From an uncultured archaeon (GTDB taxonomy: Archaea; Thermoproteota; Nitrososphaeria; Nitrososphaerales; Gagatemarchaeaceae): a DNA stretch of 33,197 nucleotides. A program made the translations under genes and the position numbers. Where the stretch lies: NCBI GenBank assembly GCA_963817525.1, contig CAWFOU010000003.1:1-33197 (forward strand). The letters are read 5' to 3'. Below, one piece after another: positions 11,382-22,655 of the stretch. The notes beneath the pieces are model-generated. The model had not been told where the DNA came from, ran no database searches, and saw only the letters and a list, made by a program, of their open reading frames with translations. Position 1 is the first letter of the stretch, and every line of letters begins with the position of its first letter.

Positions 11382-12239
11382 TAGCCTCTGCGACTCTGAC
11401 TGCTTGGACAGTCTCCCTGACGTCGTGGGTCCTTATCATGTCGCTCCGTTGACGACGGCGACTGCCGTGGCGGCGATCGAACCGTACAGCCTCTCCCCAG
11501 GGTCGTCAAGCTTCAGATCTTACCAAGGAACGACTTGCGCGATAGGCCCACGCAGAGGGGTCTGCCGAGCGCTTCCAGCCTCCTCAGTTCGGCGAGGACC
11601 TTCTCGTCCCACTCGTGCCATGGCATGAGCTGCCTGGGGCGAATAAGCCCTTCCCGGCTCCTTCCTCCCTGAAGAAGCCGATCGCCAGGGTCGAGGACGA
11701 CTTTCCGGTCGTCGATTCCCGCCCTCTCCGCTTTGGCGAGCGTGTCCCGCAGAGCGTGACGCACCTGGACTATCGGGTCCGCCTGACTGCAAATGCGGTC
11801 GAGTGGGCCATGGCCACAAGCGAGGCTCCGTAATCCTTCACCACGCTGGCCATCCTCCTGTCGTTCTTCAGCCCGGAGACGTCATTGATGACTGACGCGC
11901 CGTTCTTGAGCGCGACCTCTGCGACCGAAGCCCTCACCGTGTCGACGGAGACGACGTCACCGTTGCCTTCCATCGCCCTCAGCGCCGCGACCGTATGCGC
12001 TCTGTCTCGACCTCTTCCGTCACCTCGTTCTTCAGGTAGGGGGCGGTCGACATGGCCCCGACGTCTATTATGTCGGCCCCCTGTTCGACGGCGTCCTTCG
12101 CGCCTGCGCTATAGCTCCGCGGTGACGTGACCACCGAGCCCTTGTAGAACGATTCTGGACTGACGTTCATGGCGGCCATCACCCGGACGGGAAACCCTGG
12201 GCCGACCTGCAGTGCGCCCAGCCTCGCGGTCCTCTTCAA
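11344..12239 (-). CDS. folP: Dihydropteroate synthase FolP (multiply frameshifted)
   Basis: MNVSPESFY, GADIIDVGAMSTAP, VSVDT, INDVSG, VLDPG, VGLSRKSF, RTHDV. Confidence 0.93.
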
Positions 12240-12336
12240 GGGGCCCAGACTCGTCCCGCGTGGCCTGTAAAGCTATCGGTCCGTCCGACCCATTCCAGGG
12301 TTACCTTTTTTAGCGCCTCCGAGGTCCGGACTGCGT

Positions 12337-12935
12337 ATGTCGACCAGCGACGAGCAGCTCAAGAGAGCCGCCGACCTCAAGCTTTGGATAGAGTCGCGGA
12401 TAGCGGAGCTTCAGGAGGAGATCGAGAAGCTGAAGGAGGCCCAGGCCATGGTCGACGCCGTCCTCAGGGCCTCGAGCTTCAGGCCTGCGAGCGAGGTGCA
12501 CGCTACGTCCGAGCAGCCCCGCGCCCAGAGAGGAGCCGCAGCGCCACGGCAGGAGGGCGGCCAGATACCCGAGATGAGGGAGCTGCGCAGGGACAAGGGA
12601 GGCGAGACGATCGCCGTCGCGCAGATGACAGGGACAGGGTCGTCATAGAGCCCGTGGCCGAGGTCATCGCTCAAGTCCGAGACCCCACCGTTCAAGTCGT
12701 TCCTGGTCGGCAAGATACTGACGGGGATGAAGACGAAGGACGAGGAGCTCGCTCGCCAAGGGAAAGCTCGACAAGGGCAGGGAGATGCGCTTCAACGTCG
12801 CACGAGAAGGCAGGGAGGATCTCGAGCATCACCATAGACAACTACAGGGAGAGCGAGAGGCTGACGGAGATACTCAACACCGTAGGCTGGACCTTCTCCA
12901 GGATGCTCGAGAAGGGCGCTACTTCATCACGGTGA
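12337..12935 (+). CDS. Hypothetical protein with N-terminal coiled coil (frameshifted)
   Basis: ORF 12337.. (ESRIAELQEEIEKLKE) continues in other frames to TPPFKSFLVGKIL and IDNYRESERLTEILNTVGWTFSRMLEK. T-rich promoter tract at 12306-12312. Confidence 0.7.
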
Positions 12936-13431
12936 CGCTCTTCACCGTCTCTGAACGCGTTCAGCTCGGCGATCACGCTAGCCCGGCACCTGCCCCTCCA
13001 CTATCAGGGTCAGCTTGGCGTCGGGGAACATGTCCGGGTCGTCCGCCAGCGCCTGCCTGACGACGATCTTGTGCTTGGCGAGCGCCGCGGTCGCCGCCGA
13101 GATGATGCCCGGCTGCCCTGAGGGTCCGCCTCTATCACGATCGCCGAGTAGCCGAGCCTGCGAGACCACGGGGAGCAGGCTCGCGCCGAAGGGCGTTATC
13201 TTCGAGAAGATCGAGTAGAGGAAGTCGTCCCCCCTTATCTGCTCGGCGGTCTGCTTCACCACCCTCCTGTCGGCCCCGACGTCCCTCGCCAGCGCCGAAT
13301 AGTCGACCTCCAGCCCGCCTATGAACAGCCTGCAGTCTTCGGAGACCCTGATCCCGTACTCCAGCATCCTCCGGGCGACCTCGAGCCTCACCTTCTGGCC
13401 TCGCGAACTGCTCGCTGACCCTCGACCACAA
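12919..13431 (-). CDS. Archaeal HTH + ACT-domain protein (COG2150-like; frameshifted)
   Basis: MWSRV...VARRMLEYGIRV, ALARDVGADRRVVKQTAEQI, PGII...IVVRQALADDPDM, KLTLIVEG. Confidence 0.8.
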
Positions 13432-13466
13432 GCGCCCAGCTCCTCACCCCTCGCGCGAGTCCGCAC

Positions 13467-14823
13467 TCAAGGCGAAGCGCCGTAGGCCCTGGTTACTCTT
13501 GACGCCCTCCACCAGCACCCAGGGGCTCAGCGTGGGCGTCGTCGACCTCCCACCACTGGATCCACTCTCTCTGCCTTCGAGAGCAGCCTGACGGAGGAGA
13601 GCATCCTCTCGAGCGAGTCGCTGATCCGCAGGCCGCTCAGCGGCTGCGTTACGCGCCCGTTCTCGACGAGGTAGGCCCCGTCCCTCGGTACGGTCGAGAA
13701 CTCGCCGGTCCTGTAGTTGGTGAACCTGCGTGTACCAGTTGCTCGTCAGGATTATCCCGTGCTTCATCTCCTTCACCATCTCCTCGTAGCTGGAGTCTCC
13801 CGCGCCCGACCTCCAGGTTCCAGCGGTCCGGGCTTGATCCAGCCCGCGTTCCCCGTGCGTCTTGCGTCTTGAACTTCTTCGCGGTGCTGAGGTTGTGGAG
13901 GTAGCTCCTCAGGACGCCCCTGCTCGATTATCTTCGTCGACTGGGTCGGGGTCCCTTCGTCGTCGAAGTCCTGCCGCCGAGGCCTCCCTCGATCCTGCCG
14001 TGGTCCGTGAGGTTGAAGTTGTCGGAGGCGACCTTCTTTCCCATCTTGTCGACGAGGTAGGACGTCCCCGCGTCGACCGAGAACGCCGAGGCGAACCCCC
14101 CGATGAGCGAGATGAGGTTGGCCGCGACCGTCGGGCTGAGCAGCACCTCGTAGCTCCCCGCCTCCGGCGGCTTGGAGTTGAGCATCCTCTTGGCGTGCTC
14201 AGCCCGCCCTCCTTCCCGCCTCCTTCGGGTTGAAGCTCCTTAGGCGTGGCCGAGCACGACAGGCCGTGACCGCTGGCGTTCCTGTCGGTGAACGACCTGA
14301 TGTTCAGCAGGATGCTGGACGGACGTCGTTGGCCGGACGTCCCGTTCGAGGTGAGTATGTGGCTCGTGACGAGGGAAGCCTCGACGGCGCCGGCGCTCCT
14401 TCGGGCGCCCGCTGCTCTTGCGGCTGCGATCGCCTCGGCGGCGAACTCGAGGCAGTTCCTTCTCGAGCTCGCCCAGCTTCTTGTCGTAGACTGCCGGGCC
14501 TGTTGAACGTCCTGCGCGTGTTAGGGAGCGGCGCGTAGACCGGTTCCTTGCTGAGGTTGACCATCGTCTTGTGCAGGCGCTCGACGAAGTCCGCCAGCCG
14601 CTCCTCTGTCGTGTTGTCGAGCCGCCGACTATCCTCTTTCCGTCCTTGGCCAGGTAGACCGAGACGACGCTCTCCTCTGTCCTCTTCGCGACGCGTCAGC
14701 GAGTCGTTCGCGAACCTTACCATCTGCTCGGTCCCGTTCGCCGACTGAAGGATGCGCATCGTCCACGCCGAGCTTCTTCGCGACCTTCATCCCGTGCTCG
14801 TTCAGCTCGCTGAGGTCCATCAC
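13467..14823 (-). CDS. tldE: TldE/PmbA family protein (heavily frameshifted)
   Basis: QMVRFAND, GSYEVLLSPTV, GKKVASDNFNLTD, ILTSNWYT, GEFSTVPRDG-like segment; directly downstream of tldD. Confidence 0.85.
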
Positions 14824-14824
14824 A

Positions 14825-16262
14825 TCACCTCGTGCCTATCCTCACCCGCCCGAGCAGCGTGTCCGGCCCTCCTGTCCAGACGGGTATGCCCTGCATCGGG
14901 TCCCCCTTGCCGCAGACCGCCGCCTCGAACTCTAGCCTCTTGCTCCTCGCCTTCACGCTCCCCCAGAGCGCCGGGGTCGTGATCTCGAGGACGGGGGCCT
15001 TCACCATCTCGCCGACGCTGCCGCCCTTGATGCGGTATGCCTCGAGCCCGACGTACCTCTGGTTCAGCCTCTTGTCGTCGATGTTCCATTCGGTGAACGA
15101 CTTGAGGTAGATGCCGTCCTTGACCTCCTTGATTATCTCCTCCGTCGTGTAGTCGCCCGGCTCGACGAAGGTGTTGGACATCCTGATGATGGGCTCCCTG
15201 TTGAAGTCCGTCCGCGCGGCGGCGCCGTTGTCCCTGACCTTGAGCTCGCGCGGCGGTGCTCCTGTTCTGCAGGAACTCGGTGATCTTCCCGTCGACTATC
15301 AGGCTCCTCTTCGTGGCCCTCACCCCCTCGTCGTCGACGGGGCGTAGCCGTTGGAGTGGGCGAGCGTCGGGTCGTCGCTGATGTTGGCCTCCCTGCTCCC
15401 GACCTTGAACCCGATGCTGTCCTTCTTCAGGTATGACTCGCCCGCCTGCGCGCCCTCCCTCCCGAGGATCCTGTCTGCCTCCTGTGGGTGGCCCACGGAC
15501 TCGTGCGCGGCTATCCCCGAGAGCTCGGGGCTCAGTATCACGTCCATCACCCCGTGGGAGACTTCGTCGCCTTGGCGAGCACCTGGCGCAGTATCCGCGC
15601 CTCCTCCTCGACCTTGGAGACGAGGTCCAGCCTCTCCACGACCTCCAGCCCTCCGGTCTCCGCCTGCTGGATCATCCTCTGCGCGACCTCCCCGCTCTGC
15701 GATGGCGGTGAGTATGCCGAAGAAGTGAATCCGCGGGGTCCTGCACTCCACCTCCGAGCCGTCGCTGTTGACGTAGTACTTCTCCTCCAGCTCGGAGCTG
15801 CGCGACCAGGATCCTGTTCGGTATCTTCGCCTGCCCTTCCCGGCCTGCATCCTCCCGTCGATCTCGAGGAGCAGCGACTTCAGCCAGGAGGCGTCCGCTC
15901 CCTCTATGTTCTCCTTCTCCGGGGCGATCACTTCTGTCGCACGCCGGGCACTCTTCCAGCTTCACCTTCTTCTTGACGAGGGCACTCGAACGCCTTCGCC
16001 ATCCTGACGGTCCTTGCGGTCAGCGTCCTTCACGGCTGCCTTTTCCAAGGTGTTGGTCGCGCCGAACGCGAGCGCCCCTCCGTAGATGACCCTGATGCCC
16101 ATGCCGAAGCTGTCCTCGATCATCGAGGGCTGAGGTTCGCCGTTCTTCAGCAGGAAGCCCGAGCCGACGTCCCCCTGGATCCTCGCCTCCGCGTAGGTCG
16201 CGCCGAGCTTCCTCGCCTCGCGGACCGAAAATGCGGCCAGGTCCTTGTGTTCTCCCTATCAT
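14825..16262 (-). CDS. tldD: TldD family metalloprotease (frameshifted)
   Basis: LGATYAEAR, AHESVGHPQEADR (HExxGHxxExD), RMSNTFVEPGD, CGKGDPMQ. Confidence 0.92.
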
Positions 16263-16304
16263 CCTGGCGGCTTTCGAGCGCCTTCGTTATTTCTATCTTT
16301 GCAG

Positions 16305-16838
16305 TCAGTGACACTGGAGCGTCTCTGATGATTCCCTGCAGATCCTCGTCTGCTCGGCTAGGTTCTCGCCGTCGAGGTCGCGTAGATGACGTAGTACCTC
16401 CCGGTCTTGTCGCAGTGGATGTGGACAGACGTCACCTCCTGCTCCTGTCCCCTTCCCGAAGAGACCCCGCCTGGGCACCTCCATCTTCACGTGGTTGTAC
16501 GACCGCCGTGTGTCCGTTGACGTCGATCTCCTTGTGGTCGAGGGGGGTCATCTTCCCCTGGACGCTCTTCTTCACCCGGTCGAGGCTGAACTTGGCGTGG
16601 TCCTCTATGGTGGGCGCCTTCTTCATCACCTTCTCGAGCTCCCCCCAGGACACGAAGACGACCGCCTTCTCTGGGGCCTTCACCGCGACGTCGCCGTCGG
16701 TCCGCTTGAATTCGGGTTGAACTCGAGCTTGCGGTCTTTGGGAACTCGAAAGAAAAACCATAGATCTCCAGCGTGTCCTTCTCCACCGGCACGTCGCCCA
16801 CGGCAGGTCCATGCTTCGGCGTTCTCCATGGCTTCCAT
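16305..16838 (-). CDS. Hypothetical protein (frameshifted)
   Basis: Joined frames give LEIYGFSFEFP, DVAVKAPEKAVVFVSWGEL, IDVNGHTA, VHIHCDKTGRYYVIY. TTTTAT on the minus strand near 16862-16867. Confidence 0.6.
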
Positions 16839-16948
16839 TGGTTCTGCTGCCAAGGACCATGATAAAAGATTGTCCGGACGCGCTGTCCGCGCCTCGCCGG
16901 GGCTCAGAAACGCTTAAGTCGACTCGCCGCGCAATACGTCACACGAAG

Positions 16949-17065
16949 TTGCTCCCGCCTCTCGCGCTGGGTCCGGACACGCTCGACTCTCTCGCAATAC
17001 TCGCTGTCGCACTCGGCATCGCGGGCGTCGCAATACTGATTCTCTTCGCCAAAGACAAGATCTAG
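16949..17065 (+). CDS. Small single-TM protein (about 38 aa)
   Basis: From TTG: MLPPLALGPDTLDSLAILAVALGIAGVAILILFAKDKI. CTTAAG at 16913-16918 upstream. Confidence 0.5.
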   Translation: MLPPLALGPDTLDSLAILAVALGIAGVAILILFAKDKI

Positions 17066-17075
17066 TGGTCGATCC

Positions 17076-17733
17076 TTGATCAAGGACTGATCTTCGACGT
17101 AGACGGCACTCTCGTGAGCCTCAAGGTCGACGGGGAGAACCTCAGGTCCACCACGTCACGCGAGCTGAGCCAAGATGGGGTTTGACGTCTCCTTCATGAA
17201 CGAGGGAAACATGTACACCCAGGACGTCATCGACAGGGCGAAGCACAGGTCGAGACGGGAGCGGTGAAGGCCGACTTCGAGGTCGTCAGGGCCACCCTCA
17301 ACAAGGCCCTGGACGAACTCGAGATGGACTGGAACGCGCAGGCCGAGCCGATCGAGGGCACCGGGGCGACCTCGCCCGGCTGAAGTCCAGCTCGGTCAAG
17401 CTCGCAACGCTGACCAACAGCGGCCGCGCCCCCTCCGACTGGCTCCTGAAGAAGCACGGCCTCTTCGGCTACTTCGACTTCACCCTCACCAGGGACGATG
17501 TCCCCGCAATGAAGCCGAGCGCCGACGGGATGCTGAAGGCGATTTCCAGGATGGGCTCTCCCGCCGGACGAGGTCCTCTACGTCGGCGACAGCATAATCG
17601 ACGTGAAGGCGGCCAAGGCGGCGGGCATGAAAATAGCCTCGGTGGCCACAGGAAGGTACACTTCGAGAGGCTGACCCAGGAGGGCAGCGACTACGTCCTC
17701 AACTCACTGTCCGAGCTCGTCGGGTTTATCTAG
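17076..17733 (+). CDS. HAD-superfamily hydrolase (phosphoglycolate phosphatase-like; frameshifted)
   Basis: LIFDVDGTL (motif I), LTNS (II), KPSADG (III), YVGDSIID (IV). Confidence 0.9.
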
Positions 17734-20292
17734 TGCTCTGAGCGTTCAACTTCGACAGCTTTTCCCTTATCTCCCTGTTCTCGCCCTTGAGCTTCTCGAC
17801 CTCCTCCTTGAGCGCGGCGACTGCTCGTCGGGGAGAACGGATTCCAAGTCGACCAGGACCTCGGCGGCCTTCCGCCGGTTCCTGTTGTCCGGGTCCTCGG
17901 CGGCCACTTTCTCGAGTGTCTCGACGAACCTCCTGTCGCGTAGCTCTCCCATGGTCTCCAAAGCTGCATCCTGACGACAAAGTCCTTGTCCCCGATCGCG
18001 ATCTCCTTCAGCAACGGGACGTCGGCCTCCTGGAGGGTACCCAGCTTGTGAAACCCTTCAGAGCACCGACCCTGACACGAGTCGGCTTCCCATATGGGAT
18101 GATTCGCCCTCATCGTCACTCTGGCGTCTCGCTCTTGGTCGCTCCCCGTGCCTCGAGGGAGGCCTCCGTGAGCCCGTTCTCCGGAGAAGGCAACTGCATC
18201 GCCTCGCGGAGGAGTCGTACGGCGTCGGCTGCCCCGGACTTGGCCAGCGAGAGCGCGGCTTCGCACTGGACATAGGGGCTCTCGTCATGGAAGAGGGCGT
18301 CCCTGAGTGCCGCCTGGGCACCTGCGTCGCCCTTGAACTCGCCGAGCGCCGCGACTACTGCCCCTCCTCACCCTCCTGTGCCTTGACGGTGCGGAGTCCA
18401 GGAGCGTCTCGAGCGCCTGCTTTCCTCCTATCTTCCCGATCGACCTCGCGGACTCAGCCCTGACCGACCAGTACTGTTCCTTCAAGGCCGCCTTGTTGAG
18501 CACCTCCACGGTCGCATCGTCCTTGAAAGCGGAGAGGTCCTCGGCCGCCTGTTTCCTGCTGAGGACGTCGACGCTGAATTCCAGTTGGTTGACAAGCAGC
18601 GAGCGGCTCTTCCTGAAGCTCAGCTTCTTCAGGAGCCATCCCTCGGGGTCGACCTCGACGATGGTCGGCTCGGAGTCAAGCTGGAAGTGTAGCTCTCCCT
18701 GCGCCGGACCCAGACCTTCCTCATCTCCCTCCCCTTCCCGGTGTAGAAGACGAGTCGCAAGGGAAGTGGAAGATGGGCGTCAGCGCGTCGACGGTCTGCA
18801 TCTGCTTGACCGAGACCACGGCGAGCATGGCTCTCTCCGTCCCAGGAGTAATCCACCTCGAGCTCGGGGTGACCGGCCTTGAAGAACGACTGTTCGAAGT
18901 ACGCTCTCGAGCGAGACGCCGCTCGTCTCCTCCATCACCCTCATGAAGTCGTGCGTGTCCACGTTCCTGAAGGCGAACCTCTTCAGGTACTCCCTGAGGC
19001 CCCTGAAAAAGGCCGCGTCGCCGAGGAGGTACCTGAGCTGGTGCATCATCCACGCCAACCCTTTTCGTACTCGTAGCGAATCGAAAGGTCGTCGGGATAG
19101 AGATAGTCGTCCTCGACTATCGACCTCCTGTACTGTCTCGTCCTCCTCGAAGTGTGACTCCGCCTTGAACCGCATGTTCTGCCTGAACTCGTCACTTCCC
19201 GAACTTCCTCTCGTGATAGACCGCCTCCATGTAAGTGGCGAAGCCCTCGTTGAGCCACGCGTGCGACCAGTCCTTTGTCGTCACCAGGTCGCCGAACCAC
19301 GAGTGGGCCAGCTCGTGCGCGACGAGCTCGATGTGGTTCCTGTCCGGCCGCGAGTACCTCGCCGCATAGTCCTCCTCGGACCTGCTCGTCCGGGAAGCGG
19401 TTGTCGACGAGCGTGGTCGCGCTGATGTTCTCCATCCCGCCGTAGATGAAGTCGTGGACGGCCACCTGAGCGTACTTCTCGTACGGATACTTGTGCGCCG
19501 TAAGCTCGACGAAGCGACCGCATCATGTCAGGGGTGAGGCCAAAGTACCTCATCGTATCCTTGGCTCTTCTCCTCCGGGACGTAGTACTGGAGCGGGACG
19601 CCACCTCGACCTGGTCGCTCAGTCTCCACGAACTTTCCGACCACGAAGGAGTTGAGGTAAGTCGAGTGGGGGGCGCTCTCGCTCCAGTTGAACGTCGTCC
19701 ACCCTCCCGAGCTCTCCTTCGAGACGAGCTTCCCCGTTGGAGATCACCTGATACCGTCGGGCGCCGTGATTATCGTCTCCGTGGTGGCTCTGTCGTCTGG
19801 GTGGTCGTGGCATGGGAACCAGTATCGGGCTGCTGTCGACTCGCTCTGCGTCCACACCTGGACCGGCTTGTTCGGGTAGGCATCGTCGGGATGCACGAAG
19901 TACACTCCGTGCACCGGTCTTGCCGAGTATTCCACAAGGACCTCGTGCTTCGAGGCCTCGCCGGCATTTGCCAGCCTCACCGTGAGGGTATCCCCGTCGT
20001 GGTCAAAACGGGCCAGCTTGCCGTCGAGCGAACTCTGCTCATGCCCATCTCGCACGCGTCGAAGGCTGATCGACCGTAGCCGTCTCTCCGGATGGCTCGA
20101 TCTTCAGCGAGCAGCTCGCCCGCTATGCGTCTTGGCTTCCGGGTCGACCTTCAGCCTGACTCTGATGTGCTCGGTCCTGTATTCCTTGTCCGGCAGGTAG
20201 TGTTTGAAGGAGCCCGGGGAATGGAACGACTTTCGCTTGCTCAAGGTCCATGCTCCGGGCTTGACCTCTTGAAAACCGTTTTCCGGGCTCAT
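17730..20292 (-). CDS. pepN: M1 family aminopeptidase with C-terminal HEAT-like repeats and coiled coil (heavily frameshifted)
   Basis: [37 protein letters not shown]...WLNEGFATY (HExxH-x18-E), YEKG, HEAT-like [15 protein letters not shown]. Confidence 0.9.
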
Positions 20293-21351
20293 TTCCAGCC
20301 TTTTTCAAGGCCTGTCGGCGTAGGCCTCCCAGTAGGGGTCGAACTTCGGAGGGACGTATACTCGGCGCCGGCCATCCCACCGAGACCGACGAGCCTCGCA
20401 CGGCCCCGCTTCCCGGCACGCCCTATAACGGCCGCTTCTATCCCCTTCCTGAGAGCCTCTGATGACCTCCTCGAGACCTCCGGGGTCTGCAGGTCACTAG
20501 AGAGTCCCCTCGCTCACGGTGAGCAGCGGGTCAGCCCGAAGAGATCTGCAGACGCGTCCGGCTCTCTTCAGATACGAGGATTGCTATCGCCTGTCGACCC
20601 TGAGCGTCCTGCTGCTCGACCGGGCCAGTTCGTACAGCGCCCCGAGACCCCGCCTTCCGTAGCGTCGTGCATCGAGGTCACGCCCTTGACCTCCAAGCCC
20701 ACCGAACTGGCGACCAGGGCGTCTTCGACCGTGGAGCAAGACGGAAGTAGCCCCGAGCAGTCTCGGCCAGACTCTCTCTCCGAAGTTTGGCCTCCACCGT
20801 CGCGGGAAAGGCCCGCGCGAGGACCGCGGTCGCCTCTATCGCCGAACCCTTGGTCATTATCACGTCGTCTCCCTCCTGCATCATCCGCGGGGTCACGTAA
20901 TCCGACTCCGCGGCTATGCCCATCATCATGCCGCCTCCGACGACAGAGAAGTCGGACCCCGGATACTTGCCCGTGTGGCCCCCGACGATCGAGATCCCCA
21001 GCCTGGTGCACTCTTCCCCACGGCCTTCACGTACCTCTCGAAATCGCCCATCCCAAGTGACGGAGGCAGGTTGTAGTCCATCACGGCGAATTGCGGCTTC
21101 ACCCCGCTCGTCAGTCAGGTCGGAGGCGAGCTCGTGCACCGTGAGCCACGCCGAGTCCTCCATCCCCACCGATGGGATGATCGAGAGGGGTCGGCGGTGA
21201 CGACCATCACTCGCCCGCTTCCTATCGAGATCACGGCGTTGTCGAGGCCCATCCCCGGACCCACGAGGACGTCGGGATTCCTCGTCCCCAGGTTATTGAC
21301 CAAGACCCTCCTGAGAAAATCCCGGTCGACCTTACCGAGTCCCCCTTCCAT
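20289..21351 (-). CDS. AIR-synthase (PurM/HypE/ThiL-fold) family protein (frameshifted)
   Basis: GKV...VGPGMGLDNAVI, VTADP, VHELASDL, IVGGHTG, SMHDATEGGV. Its TGA overlaps the pepN ATG (ATGA). Confidence 0.85.
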
Positions 21352-21413
21352 CTTGATTTCCGGAGCGGGCGCCTCTCCTCAGCTTTTATACATGCACCCC
21401 TCCGAACGGACCG

Positions 21414-22655
21414 TTGCCCTCCCGGTTCGTGGCCCACTATGGTGAAATCGGGACCAAGGGAACCAACAGACCGGTCTTCGAGCAATCCCTGGAACGGAAC
21501 ATACGGAACACTCTGAGGGGTCTGGCCGGGCTGCACGTAAGGAGCGTCCGCCAGCGGTTTTTGGTTGATGGTCGAGGACGGGGCTGCCACCGAAGCAAGG
21601 AGAGGTTGGCCAGGGTCTTCGGCCTTGTCTGGTTCGCCGTGGTCAAGACCGCCGCCGCTCTCCTACCCCGAGATCCTCGAGATGGCGGCGAAAGCACTCG
21701 GTGATGTCGGGAAGGGCTCCACATTCAGGGTGAGCGCCAGGCGCTCCGACAAGACTTTCGCGATGGGGTCCCAGGACATCGCCCGGAAGTTGGGGGAGGA
21801 CATCGTCGCCAGGCTCAGCCTGAAGGTGGACCTCGTCAGCCCGACGTGACGCTCTTCATGGACATCACTGAGAGACCAGGCGCTGCTCTACCTGAAGAGG
21901 ATCAAGGGGCTGGGCGGGCTGCCGGTGGGCGTGAGCGGCCGCGTCCTGCACCTCCTCTCGGGGGGCATCGATTCCCCCGCGGCGGGCTGGATGCATGATG
22001 AAGCGAGGATGCCGGCCGACCTATCTCCACTTCTATCTCGCCCCGGACCGCAGCACGTCGTGCAGAGCAAGATGATGGAGCTGGTCAGGCACCTCGGGCG
22101 GTACAGCGGCGACTCGGAGCTATGCTCATCCCCTTCGCCCCCTACCAGCTGGCGACCGCCGACATGCCGCCGGAGTTCGAGCCGGTGGTATTCAGGAGGT
22201 TCGTCCGGATGGTAGCTGAACGCCTCGCGTCGGACCTCGGGTATCCCGCCATCTCGACGGGGGACAATCTCGCCCAGGTCGCTTCGCAGACGCTCCAGAA
22301 CCTCGTCTGCATCGACAGCGGGAGCTCCGTCCCGACCCTGAGGCCGCTGCTTGCCTTCGACAAGGAAGAAATCGTCCAGATGGCCAAACAGATCGGCACC
22401 TACGAGATATCCCTCAGGGAGTACAAGGACTGCTGTTCCATCATCTCGAGGCACCCGAAGACGCGGATGAAGGTTCAGGGATGTGGACGACGCATCGACT
22501 CACTTCAAGTTCGACGAGCTCGCGAAGCAGTGTGTTTCCCTCGGGGACGCAGTGACGGTGGGACTCGACTGGACGACGATAAAGCCGCTCCGCGTCGCTC
22601 CTCGAAGAGTACGGTAGGAAAGGCCTCCGCACAGCTCACGAGCCGACAGGGCTGA
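21414..22655 (+). CDS. thiI: tRNA 4-thiouridine(8) synthase ThiI (THUMP + PP-loop; frameshifted)
   Basis: [57 protein letters not shown]. 3' end approximate. Confidence 0.93.

Noticed and set aside
20092-21060. Long 322-aa plus-strand ORF and similar Arg/Pro-rich ORFs
   Set aside because: These are antisense or off-frame shadows of real genes in GC-rich DNA and carry no recognisable motifs.
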